Assembly: GCA_034520945.1 (NCBI GenBank)
Contig: JAXHNB010000001.1
Span: 128,001 to 192,000 of the forward strand
Reading direction: 5' to 3'
Source of the DNA: Trueperaceae bacterium
GTDB taxonomy: Bacteria; Deinococcota; Deinococci; Deinococcales; Trueperaceae
Length of the DNA: 64,000 nucleotides
Below are positions 28,975 through 38,499 of the stretch, piece by piece; positions within the stretch are counted from its first letter, which is position 1, and each line of letters starts with the position of its first letter. The notes beneath the pieces are model-generated. The model made no database searches, had not been told where the DNA came from, and saw nothing but the letters and a program-made list of their open reading frames with translations. A program made the translations under genes and the position numbers.

Positions 28975-30210
28975 ATGCTCCAAGGCGTGAACGTGCTCGA
29001 CCTCTCCCGCGTCCTGGCAGGGCCGTACTGCACGCAGGTCCTGGCCGACCTGGGCGCGCGGGTGGTGAAGATCGAGCCGCCGCGCGGGGACGACACCCGC
29101 GACTGGGGCCCGCCGTTCGCCGGCGATCAGAGCGGCTACTTCCTGTCCGTCAACCGCGGCAAGGAGAGCGTCGCGGTGGACCTGAAGCACCCCGACGGGC
29201 GCCGCATCGTGCGGCGGTTGGCGGCCCGGGCGGACGTGCTGGTCGAGAACTTCAAGGTCGGCGACCTGGCGCGCTACGACTTGGCGTATGACGATCTCGT
29301 CGGCGATGCGCCGGGGCTGATCTACGCCTCGATCACGGCGTACGGCAGCGACGGGCCACGGGCGCGGGAGCCGGGGTACGACGCGGCGCTTCAGGCGGTG
29401 ACGGGATTGATGGCCATGACGGGCGAGCCCGGTGGGGGGCCCGTCAAGCTCGGCGTCGCCTGGATCGACGTGCTGACGGGGCTCCATGCCGCCGTCGCCA
29501 TCCTGGCGGCGCTGCACGACCGGGACGCCGGCGGCGGGGGGCGGCACCTGCAGCTGTCGTTGTTCGAGACGGGGTTGGCCAGCCTGGTGAACCAGGCGCA
29601 GGGGGCGCTGCTGACGGGCGCGCCGCCGGTGCGGCTCGGCAGCGCCCACCCCAGCATCGTGCCCTACCAGGCGTTCGACACGGCCGATCGGCCGCTGATG
29701 CTGGCGGTCGGCAACGACGCGCAGTTCGCGCGGCTGTGCGCCGTGCTGGAGCGCGAGGCGTGGGCGAATGAGGCGCGCTTCGCGACCAACGCCGCGCGGG
29801 TGCAGAACCGCGAGGCGTTGGTGCCGGCGGTGCAGGAACGGCTCCGGGCCGGGACGCGCGATGATTGGCTCACGCGGCTTCACGCCGCCGGCGTGTCGTG
29901 CGCACCGGTGAACGACCTGCCCGAGGCGTTGGACGATCCCCAGGCGCGGGCGATGGGGACGGTGGGCCGCTACGTGCACCCGACGGCGGGGGAGGTGCCC
30001 TACGTGCGGAGCCCCTTGCGGCACGGCGCGGACGGGCCCGACGCGGCGCCGCCGCCGCGCTTGGGGGCGGATACGCGCGCCGTGCTGGAGGGCGAGCTGG
30101 GCTTGGGGGCCGACGAGGTGACGGCGTTGGCGGAGGCGGGCGCGGTCGCGCTCTTGGACGACGAAGCGCCGGCGGGCGACCCGGCGCGGGGCCGAGGCGG
30201 AGGTTCCTAG
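28975..30210 (+). CDS. CaiB/BaiF family III CoA transferase
   Basis: DLSRVLAGPYCTQVLADLGARVVKIE, NRGKES, ADVLVENFK, PGYD. Confidence 0.95.
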   Translation: MLQGVNVLDLSRVLAGPYCTQVLADLGARVVKIEPPRGDDTRDWGPPFAGDQSGYFLSVNRGKESVAVDLKHPDGRRIVRRLAARADVLVENFKVGDLARYDLAYDDLVGDAPGLIYASITAYGSDGPRAREPGYDAALQAVTGLMAMTGEPGGGPVKLGVAWIDVLTGLHAAVAILAALHDRDAGGGGRHLQLSLFETGLASLVNQAQGALLTGAPPVRLGSAHPSIVPYQAFDTADRPLMLAVGNDAQFARLCAVLEREAWANEARFATNAARVQNREALVPAVQERLRAGTRDDWLTRLHAAGVSCAPVNDLPEALDDPQARAMGTVGRYVHPTAGEVPYVRSPLRHGADGPDAAPPPRLGADTRAVLEGELGLGADEVTALAEAGAVALLDDEAPAGDPARGRGGGS

Positions 30211-31658
30211 CCTGGCCACCTGGCGAACACGCGCCGAAGGCGCTCCAGGTCCGGCCGGTGTCGGTGCGGCGGGTCCTGGGCCAGCGTGCGCGCCAGTTCG
30301 TTCGGGTCCTGTGTATAGAGGTGCACGGTCCACAGGTCCGTGTCCTGGTGTACCCAGCCGGACGCGTCGTTGACGGGCCGCGACGGGTCCAGCGCGCGCG
30401 TCAGTGCAGCCGCGTCGCGGACGAGGCGGCGGTGTTCCGGGCCCACCACCTGGTCCTCGGTCTCGTTCAGCGGCGTCCATACGAGGATGGAGGGGTGGTC
30501 GCGATCGCGGATCACCAGCTCGCGCCACTCGCTCAGTAGGTTGCGGCCGGCCCGTGGGTCGTTCTCGTCGATCCCCCACCAGGGCATCTCGGCCCAGGTC
30601 AGCCAGCCGAGGCGGTCGGCGTGCCAGTGATAGCGCGGCTCGAACGCCTTCTGGTGCAGGCGCGCGCCGTTGAACCCGGCGCTGCGCGCCAGCTCGATGT
30701 CGCGCACCAGGGCGGCGTCGCTCGGCGCGGTCCAGATCCCGTCCGGCCAGTAGCCCTGGTCGAGGATCATCCGTAGGTAGCGCGGCTCGCCGTTGAGCAG
30801 CAGCTGGTCGCCCTCGACGCGCACTTCGCGCAGGCCCACGTAGCTGTCCACGCGGTCGACGGTTCGGCCGTCCGCGTCGATGACCTCGAGCTCGAGGCCG
30901 TGCAGGAACGGGTCGTGCGGCGTCCACGGCCGTGGATCGGCCAGCGGCACCACCAGCGGCACCCCGCTGCTCGCCGGCCCCTCTCTCCTCGTGGTGCGGT
31001 CGCCGCTGCGGGCGGTGCAGCGCAGTCGCGTTCCGGGCGCGTGGCCCAGGAAGGTGGGCACCAGCACCGCCTGGCCGCCGGCCAGGTCGGGCAGCACCCG
31101 CAGCGCGTCGAGCCCCAGCGGGTGGACCGCCTCGAGCCACACGGTCTGCCAGATCCCGCTGACACGGGCGTACCAGCAGCCGTGCGAGGCCCGCTGGTGG
31201 CTCTGCTTGCCGCCGGGCTGCAGGCCGGATCGGATGTCGTCGACGGCGTGCACCACCAGTTCGTGGTCCTCGCCGGGGCGGACCGCGTCGGTCAGGTCGA
31301 TCCGGAACGGGGCGCTGCCGCCGACGTGCTCGCCGAGGCGCGCCTCGTTCACGAACACCGCCGCGCGATGGTCGCAGGCGCCGACGTGAAGGAAGAGCCG
31401 GTGCCCCTCCCAGCCGCGCGGCACACGGACGGTGCGTCGGTACCAGAGCGAGGTGTGGAAGCTCGGGTCGCCGATGCCGGACAGGCGACTCTCCGGGGGG
31501 AACGGCACCACGATCTCGCGGTCGTAGGCCGCGTGCGGGGGCGGCGCCGCGTCGAGGTCCGCGCGGTCGTCACGCGCGAACGACCAGATGCCGTTCAAGG
31601 ATCGCCAGGCGGATCGCAGCAGGTGGGGGCGTGGGTGTTCGGGGCGGGGCGTCGGCAT
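30207..31658 (-). pseudogene. GH2 glycoside hydrolase, apparently lacking the C-terminal part of the catalytic barrel
   Basis: PRPEHPRP, VPFPPES, GKQS, SGIWQTVWLE, LDQGYWPDG, GFNGARLHQK, WTPLNE and DASG present; only 483 aa, with no EYGG/EFGG or YTQ..DVEQE segment. Confidence 0.65.
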
Positions 31659-31691
31659 GGGTCTCCCGTGGCTGCGCGTGTCGGCGAAGGT

Positions 31692-31719
31692 CGGCCCCGC
31701 CGGTGGAACGGCGGGGCCG
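31692..31719. repeat. 11-bp stem hairpin after sugar-binding protein gene
   Basis: CGGCCCCGCCG-GTGGAA-CGGCGGGGCCG. Confidence 0.8.
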
Positions 31720-31740
31720 CGACGATGGAGGGATCGAGGG

Positions 31741-33039
31741 TCAGTCGAGCAGGGCCTGGACTTCGCCGTCGGCGGCGGACAGGGCCGACTCGATCTCTTC
31801 GCCGGTCAGCCAGATCGACTGCAGGCGGCGGTTGAGGACGTCCTGGATCGCGGAGAAGGCAGCGTTACGCTCGACGTCGCGGGCGATGTCGACGGTGCTG
31901 GCGTATTCACTGCGGTGCGGCAGCGAGCGGTAGGCCTCGCTCTCCAGCACGCTCTCGCGCACGGAGAGGTGGCCGGTGCGCGCCCAGTGGATGGAGGCGT
32001 CGTTGATCCAGGCGAGCAGCTCGAGGGCGGCGTCGTAGCGCTCCTGCGAGCGCGCCTCGAGGTTCGAGGGAACGACCCACATGTGGCTGTCGGCCCAGGT
32101 GGCTGCCTCCTCGAAGATGGCCGGGAAGGACGCGACGTAGTAGTCGTTCAGCGGGACGTCGGCGTCGGCGGCCTGTGCGTCGTAGAAGTCGACGACCCAG
32201 GTGCCGTTGACGAGAACGGCCGCCTCGCCGTCCAGGAAGGCCTGCTGCGAGTCGGCGTAGTTGAGCTCGGGGTCGGCGTACCCGGCGTCGAACAGGGCGA
32301 CGATCGATTCGACGGCGGCCACCGCCTCGGGCGAGTCGACGTGGGCGGTGTCGCCCGCGATCAGCTCGGCGCCCTGCTGCCACATGAGCGCCAGGACCAG
32401 GCGGACGCCGATCGGGAACTGCGCGAAGTCGGCGGCGAGGTAGTCGACGCCGGTCGCCTCTTCGACCATGGCGGCGTGTTCGAGCATCTCTTCCGGGCTC
32501 GAGGGCAGGATCGGTGTGCCGTCGTCGTTCACCAGGCCCGCCTGCTCCATCAGCTGCATGTTGACGTGCCAGAGGTTGGCGTGCAGGTCCATCGGCATGC
32601 CGTAGATGTCGCCGTCCCACGTGACGCCGGCCAAAGCACCGTCGGTCCAGTCGCTGGGATCGATGCCGGCGGCGGCGAGGTCGTCCTCGCTCAGCGCGGC
32701 GAGCGCGCCGAGGCTGGCGAACTCGGCCAGGCTGCTCCGGTGCATCACGTGCACGTCGGGCGGGTTGCCACCGGCGTAGCTGGCCTTGATCTGGTCGTAG
32801 TAGTTGCCCCAATCGGTCGGAAGCGTGTTCACCACGACGCCGTTGTCCTCGGCGCTGAAGGCGTTGACGATCGTCTGGATGATGCACGCTTCGCCGGTGG
32901 CGGCGGCCATGTCGGTCCCGGCGTCCTCGCAGGCGCCGAAGAAGCGGCCGAGCGAGATCTCGGTCTGGGCGGTGGCGACGGGCAGGGCCAGAAGCAGCGC
33001 GGCGAATAGGATGGCGGGGCGAAACAGCGGTCGGGTCAT
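31741..33039 (-). CDS. Carbohydrate ABC substrate-binding protein (family 1)
   Basis: Signal peptide, PPDVHVMH, IYGMPMDLH, NGTW, WADSH; AGGAGG before ATG 33039. Confidence 0.9.
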   Translation of the reverse strand: MTRPLFRPAILFAALLLALPVATAQTEISLGRFFGACEDAGTDMAAATGEACIIQTIVNAFSAEDNGVVVNTLPTDWGNYYDQIKASYAGGNPPDVHVMHRSSLAEFASLGALAALSEDDLAAAGIDPSDWTDGALAGVTWDGDIYGMPMDLHANLWHVNMQLMEQAGLVNDDGTPILPSSPEEMLEHAAMVEEATGVDYLAADFAQFPIGVRLVLALMWQQGAELIAGDTAHVDSPEAVAAVESIVALFDAGYADPELNYADSQQAFLDGEAAVLVNGTWVVDFYDAQAADADVPLNDYYVASFPAIFEEAATWADSHMWVVPSNLEARSQERYDAALELLAWINDASIHWARTGHLSVRESVLESEAYRSLPHRSEYASTVDIARDVERNAAFSAIQDVLNRRLQSIWLTGEEIESALSAADGEVQALLD

Positions 33040-33154
33040 GCGGGACCTCCTGGGTCGAGCGGGCGAGAGGCGGCGGGCGGTTCGGCGGGCACGGCGGGCG
33101 GGCATCGGTGCGGCGGGCCGGCGCGGGCCGGCGGCGCGTGCGATCCGAGGGGCG

Positions 33155-33994
33155 TCACTTGCCGCCCCCCATCGCGATTCCGCGGACCACGTAGCTTTGG
33201 AATGCCAGGAACAGCGCGATCACCGGCAACGAGGCCGCCACGCCCGACGCCATGACGCGTCCCAGGCCCTCGGACTGCGCGAAGTTGGTCTGCAGCGAGG
33301 CGAGACCGACGGTGATCGTGAACATCTCGGGCTGGTTGGCCGAGATCAGCGGCCACAGGTAGTCGTTCCAGGCGTACAGAAAGGTGAGGATCCCCAGCGT
33401 GGTGGCGGCCGGGACCGAGAGCGGCAGCATGATGCGGGTGAAGATGGTGAGCCGGTTCGCGCCGTCCAGCATGGCGGCCTCCTCGAGGTAGCCGGGGATG
33501 CCGCGGAAGAACTGCGTCATCAGGAACACGCCGATCGGCACCGCCACGCGGGGGGCGATCAGCGCGGCGTAGCCGTTGTGCCAGCCCCAGTCGGCGAACA
33601 TGGTGTAGAGCGGAATGAAGATCGCCTGCTCGGGGACGACCAGTCCGGCCAGCACGAAGGCGTAGAGCAGGTTGCGTCCGCGGAACGGGATCCGCGCGAA
33701 GGCGTAGCCGGCCAGCGTGCTGAGCGTCAGCGCCAGCGCGGTCATGGCGGTCGCGACGATCATGCTGTTCAGGAACCATCGCGGCGTGAGCCCCATCTCC
33801 AGCAGCCGCTGGTAGTTCTCCAGCGTGAACGGAAGCGGGATCAGGCCCAGCGCGGTGTTCGAGGTCGTGCGCGCCAGCAGGTCGTTCGGCTGCAGGCTCA
33901 TCGACACCATCCAGGCGATCGGCACCAGCCACGCCAGGGCGAACAGCGTGAGCAGCACCATCGTGACGCGGTTGGCGGCACGTGCACCGACCAT
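33155..33994 (-). CDS. Carbohydrate ABC permease (MalG type)
   Basis: LAGYAFARIPFRGR, LEEAAMLDGA, WNDYLWPL. Confidence 0.93.
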   Translation of the reverse strand: MVGARAANRVTMVLLTLFALAWLVPIAWMVSMSLQPNDLLARTTSNTALGLIPLPFTLENYQRLLEMGLTPRWFLNSMIVATAMTALALTLSTLAGYAFARIPFRGRNLLYAFVLAGLVVPEQAIFIPLYTMFADWGWHNGYAALIAPRVAVPIGVFLMTQFFRGIPGYLEEAAMLDGANRLTIFTRIMLPLSVPAATTLGILTFLYAWNDYLWPLISANQPEMFTITVGLASLQTNFAQSEGLGRVMASGVAASLPVIALFLAFQSYVVRGIAMGGGK

Positions 33995-35124
33995 CAGTCG
34001 GTCCTCCTCTCGAGTCGAAGCTGGATGACCGAGAACACCAGCATCAGCGCGAACAGCACCATTGCCAGCGCCGAGGCGTAGCCCAGCTGGCCGTCGCGGA
34101 ACGCGCTCTGGTAGATGTAGCGGACCAGCGTCTGGGTCGCGTCGTTCGGGCCTCCGCGCGTGATCAGGTGGGCCTGGCCGAAGACCTGGAAGTGCAGGAT
34201 GATTTCGAACACCACGACGAGGGTGAAGGTGCGCGAAATTCCCGGCAGGGTCACCCAGCGGAACACCTGCCAGCCTCCGGCGCCGTCGAGGTGCGCCGCT
34301 TCGTAGCGCTCCGCGGGGATCTCCTGCAGGCCGGCCAGGAACAGGACCATGGCGAAGCCGAGCGACCACCACACGGTGGCGATCACGATCGCCGGCATGG
34401 CCAGGGTGGGGTTCGTGATCCAGGTGATCGGCTCCAGGCCCAGGGCTCGGAAGGCGTTGGCGAGGATGCCCTGCGCGGGGCTGAAGATGAGTTGCCAGAT
34501 CAGCGTGACCACCGTGACCGAGAGCACCTGGCTGATGAAGAAGGCGGTGCGCAGCGTGGCGGCGTACGGTCCGGCATGGTTCAGCGCGATGGCCAGCGCC
34601 AGCGCCAGCGCGCAGATGGCCGGCACGGTCGCGGCGACGAACACGAGGGTGTTGCCGACGATCCGGTAGAAGCGCGGGTCGCCCCAGGCGCCTTCGGGGC
34701 CGGTCGTGATGCCGGCCAGCACGCCGAACGCCACGAACATGGCGGCGGCCAGCGAATAGCCGAAGCCGGCCGCGTGCCGACCGCGGAACGTCCGGAGCGC
34801 GATCCAGGCCGCGGCCGCGAGGCCGGCCAGGCGCCATGCCCACCGGGTCGTGGCGGACCAGACGAGGTCGCGCCCCCAGATCATCTCGCGCCAGTTCTCG
34901 AAGCCCTGGAACTGCTTGGCGGAGGGGTCGAAGACCACCGCCAGCAGGTTCCAATCGTGCATCCCGATCCACACGCCACGGGCGAAGGGGTAGACGAGGA
35001 ACAGCAGGTATACGAGCAGAAACGGGGCCACGAAGGCGTAGCCCGCGAGCGCGTCGCGCAGGGTGCGGCGTGAAACCCGGGCTTTGCCGGGGCCGACGGG
35101 CTGTGGGGTTGGCGTGGGCCGCAT
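33994..35124 (-). CDS. Carbohydrate ABC permease (MalF type, with extra TM insert)
   Basis: FLAGLQEIP..YEAAHLDGA, TRGGPNDAT, GYASA. Confidence 0.92.
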   Translation of the reverse strand: MRPTPTPQPVGPGKARVSRRTLRDALAGYAFVAPFLLVYLLFLVYPFARGVWIGMHDWNLLAVVFDPSAKQFQGFENWREMIWGRDLVWSATTRWAWRLAGLAAAAWIALRTFRGRHAAGFGYSLAAAMFVAFGVLAGITTGPEGAWGDPRFYRIVGNTLVFVAATVPAICALALALAIALNHAGPYAATLRTAFFISQVLSVTVVTLIWQLIFSPAQGILANAFRALGLEPITWITNPTLAMPAIVIATVWWSLGFAMVLFLAGLQEIPAERYEAAHLDGAGGWQVFRWVTLPGISRTFTLVVVFEIILHFQVFGQAHLITRGGPNDATQTLVRYIYQSAFRDGQLGYASALAMVLFALMLVFSVIQLRLERRTD

Positions 35125-35173
35125 CGGCCACCTCCGGGATGCGCGCGGAAACCCATGAACAAAATCGGACTAT

Positions 35174-35281
35174 TTCGATTATTAGCACGATAAAGGAAAA
35201 GGGTCAACCCCTCGCCTCGCCTATCGCAAGAAACATGCGTGGAGCACGCATCTCATTACGTTCGATAGAAGTCGTGATAAA
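35174..35281. promoter_or_regulatory. Divergent promoter region with two TTCGAT-N9-GATAAA boxes
   Basis: Boxes at 35174-35194 and 35261-35281; minus-strand TTGACC-17-TAATAA; plus-strand TGGTAGCCT 6 nt before ATG 35307. Confidence 0.6.
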
Positions 35282-35306
35282 TGCCGTCGCGTGGTAGCCT
35301 TCCCCC

Positions 35307-36265
35307 ATGAACGGCCGCTCACAGGAGGACGCGCACGGCTACCGTGAATTGACGCTCGAGGCGCAGGCCGCCGCGTCGGCCGCGGTCCTCAAGGCGCTGG
35401 CCTCCCAGCCGCGCTTGCGGATCCTCGAGCTGCTGGCCGATCGCATCCTCAACGTCAGCGAGGTCGCCGAGGCGCTGGGCTCGCCCGTCTCGACGGTGAC
35501 GTCGCACGTCACGGTGCTCGAGGAGGCCGGGCTGCTGCGCGCCGAGATGAAGCCGGGCGAGCGGGGCCTCCAGAAGGTGTGCCAGCGGGTCTACGACCGG
35601 GTCCGGCTCGAGCTCCCCGGCTCGGCGAAGCGTGACGAGCCCACGACGCTGACGGTGTCGATGCCGGTCGGCGCCTACGTCGATGCCGAGGTGGTGCCGA
35701 CCTGCGGGTTGGCCGGCCCCGATGCGCTCATCGGCCTGGTCGACGACCCCGCCTCGTTCTTCGAGCCCGGTCACGCCGAGGCGTCGTTGGTGTGGTTCCG
35801 CCAAGGACGGCTGAGCTACCGGTTCCCGAACCGGTTGCCGCCGCGCACCGTGCCGGAGGTGCTGCGCCTCCGCGCCGAGCTTTGCAGCGAGGCGCCCATG
35901 CACCACGACGACTGGCCGTCCGACATCACGGTGTGGATCAACGACGTGCGGGTCGCGACCTGGACGTCACCCGCCGACTTCGGCGGCCAGCGAGGCATGC
36001 TGACGCCGAGCTGGTGGGACGAGCGCAACAGCCAGTTCGGACTGCTCAAGGAGTGGCGCGTCACCCAGGAGGGCACCTGGATCGATGGCGTACGGGTGTC
36101 CGACGTGACGCTGGACGAGCTGGCGATCAAAGGGCGACGCACCATCGACGTGCGGATCGGTGTCGAGGCCGACGCCACCCACGTCGGCGGCATCAACCTC
36201 TTCGGCCGGCGCTTCGGCAACTATCCGGAGGATTTGACCTTGAGCGTCGCCTACAGGCCGGCACC
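35307..36265 (+). CDS. ArsR-type HTH sugar regulator (COG4189-like); stop codon lost, reads through to 36902
   Basis: LKALAS..RLRILELL HTH, GLQKVC, PTCGL, ELCSEAP..WPSDITVWIN..WTSPADFGG..TPSWW..QFGLLK, GGINLFGRRFGNY; downstream translation looks non-coding. Confidence 0.85.
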
Positions 36266-36389
36266 GCGCAGGCCGACGTGCGCGTCTCGCAGTCGACCGT
36301 GCGCACGACCAGCTCGGTCTGGCAACGACGCATCGATCCGCGGCCTCGTCCTGACTGACGTCGCCTGCATCGCCGGCCTGTCTCGCCGG

Positions 36390-37392
36390 CCTGCGCGAGC
36401 TCTTCGGTCGGGTCGCTGCGCCGATCGAAGTCTCCCGCGACGTCGCGACCCTCCTTACCAAGGTCGACGAGGCGCTCGCGGCGCACGAGGGCGCCCTCGA
36501 CGGCCCGCTCGACGACGGTCGTCGACGCGCCGTCATGGACGCGCTCGGTCGCGCAATCAGCGCGTACCGCGAGCGCCTCTACCGCGACGGCCCCTCGCAC
36601 CACGCCAGCGAGATCGACGGGGCGATCCTCGACCGCTTTCTGGCGCGGGCCCAGGCGTGGCTCGATCACACGCTCCGCGCCAACCGGCGCGAGGACGCCA
36701 TGTTCCACAGCTACAACCTGCTCTCGCTCGAAGACGGCGTCGCGCGCGTGGCACCGCTCGACGAGATGCTCGAGGGACAGGTCGCGGCGCTCTCGTCCGG
36801 GCTCCTGTCCAGCGACGACGCGCTGGCGCTGCTCGCGTCGCTCCGCGCCAGCCGCCTCTACCGGCCCGACCAGCACAGCTACGTCCTGTACCCCGATCGT
36901 GACCTGCCTGGCTTCCTCGCCAAGAACCGCATTCCCGAGAAGGCCGTGTCCGACTCGCGGTTGGTGGCGGCGCTGCTGAACCGCGGCGACGGGCGCCTGA
37001 TCGTGCGGGACGTGGACGGCGGGCTGCACTTCGCCGCCGGCCTCGCCAACGCGCGGAGCGTCAGGAAGGTTCTCGTTGGCCTCGCGGAGGAGGGACCCCT
37101 CGCGGACCTGGTCGCGGCCGACGGCGATCACCTGGTAGCGCTGTTCGACGACGTCTTCGACCACGCCTCGTTCACGGGCCGCTCGGGCACGTTCTTCGCC
37201 TACGAGGGGCTCGGCAGCATCTACTGGCACATGGTCTCGAAACTGCAGCTGGCCGTGCTGGAGACCTGGCGGCGTGCCACCGGGCGCGACGAGCCGCCCG
37301 CGACGATCGCGGCCCTCGCCGACGCGTACTACGACGTCCGCTCCGGCCTGGGCTTCCACAAGACGCCCGAGGCCTACGGCGCCTTTCCCACC
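36390..37392 (+). pseudogene. Internal fragment of a large glycoside phosphorylase (GH149 beta-1,3-glucan phosphorylase-like)
   Basis: NRREDAMFHSYNL, EMLEGQVAALSSG, LYRPDQHSYVLYP, FTGRSGTFFAYEGLGSIYWHMVSKL, YGAFPT then an abrupt break; no plausible start or natural end. Family from recalled motifs. Confidence 0.65.
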
Positions 37393-37420
37393 CGCCGACC
37401 GACGTGCCGATCGCGTTGTC

Positions 37421-37448
37421 CGCCACGACCTACGCGCCACGACCTACG
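37421..37448 (+). repeat. 14-bp tandem duplication at junction
   Basis: CGCCACGACCTACG x2. Confidence 0.9.
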
Positions 37449-38499
37449 CTGGGTCGGGCGGGCCGACCGTGCGCAAGGCCGACGTCGCCCCGCACGACCT
37501 GCGTACCACCAGCTCGGTCGGCAACGACGCATCGTCCGCGGCCTCTCCGGAGTGCCTCTCGATGCGCGCGATCAGCCGTTTCGCGGCAAGGGCGCCCATT
37601 TCGACCGCCGGCAGGCGCACGGTCGTCAGCGGCGGGCAGGCGTGCGCGGCCAGGGGGATGTCGTCGAAGCCGACCACCGCCACGTCGTCGGGAATGCGCA
37701 ACCCGGCCGCGCGAAGGGCGCTCATCGCGCCGAAGGCGACGGTGTCGTTGCCGGCGAACACCGCGTCGGGTCGCCGGCGGGCCAGCAGCCGATCCATCGC
37801 TGCGCGTCCGCTCTCGGCCGAGAAGTCGGCGACCTCGGTCCATCCGTCTCCGGCGTCGAGGCCGGCGGCGCGCAGCGCGGCGCGCCAGCCCTCGAGCCGC
37901 ATCGCGGAGCTGTGGTGGGCCAGCGGTGCGTAGGGAAGGTGCGCGATGCGGCGACGGCCCAGCGTGATCAGGTGTTCGCACAGTCGGCGCGCGGCGCCGA
38001 CGTTGTCGACGTCCACCTGCGGTCCCGCCGCGGCGTGCCCGATCACCACGACCGGGAAGCCGTCCGCGATCAGCTTCGGCAGGCGCGTGTCGTCCTCGCG
38101 CGGGTTCAGCACGATCAGGCCGTCGATCTGCTTGCCGCGCACCAGCTGGTGGTAGGCGTCGGGGGCGGTGACGTCCTCCAGCGCTTCGACCAGCACGCGG
38201 AACCCGCTGCGGTGCGCCTCCTCGTTGAGGCTGAACAGCGCCTGCGGGACGAAGGCGTCGGTCTTGAGGCGTTCGCTGTAGGTGATCACCAGCCCCAGCG
38301 TGCGCGCGCGGCCGGAGGCCAGCTGGCGGGCGGCGGCCGAGGGGACGTAGCCCAACTCGTCGGCCGCCTGGAGCACCCGGCGGCGGGTGGTGTCGGCGAT
38401 GACGACCGACGTGACCCCGTTCAGCACCACCGACACGGTGCTTCGGGACACCCCGGCGCGGCGCGCCACCTCGCGGCTGGTCGGCGCGCGTCGCTTCAC
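37444..38499 (-). CDS. LacI-family transcriptional regulator
   Basis: TSREVARRAGVSRSTVSVVLN, ELGYVP, IPDDVAVVGFDD, PPLTTV. Confidence 0.95.
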   Translation of the reverse strand: MKRRAPTSREVARRAGVSRSTVSVVLNGVTSVVIADTTRRRVLQAADELGYVPSAAARQLASGRARTLGLVITYSERLKTDAFVPQALFSLNEEAHRSGFRVLVEALEDVTAPDAYHQLVRGKQIDGLIVLNPREDDTRLPKLIADGFPVVVIGHAAAGPQVDVDNVGAARRLCEHLITLGRRRIAHLPYAPLAHHSSAMRLEGWRAALRAAGLDAGDGWTEVADFSAESGRAAMDRLLARRRPDAVFAGNDTVAFGAMSALRAAGLRIPDDVAVVGFDDIPLAAHACPPLTTVRLPAVEMGALAAKRLIARIERHSGEAADDASLPTELVVRRSCGATSALRTVGPPDPA

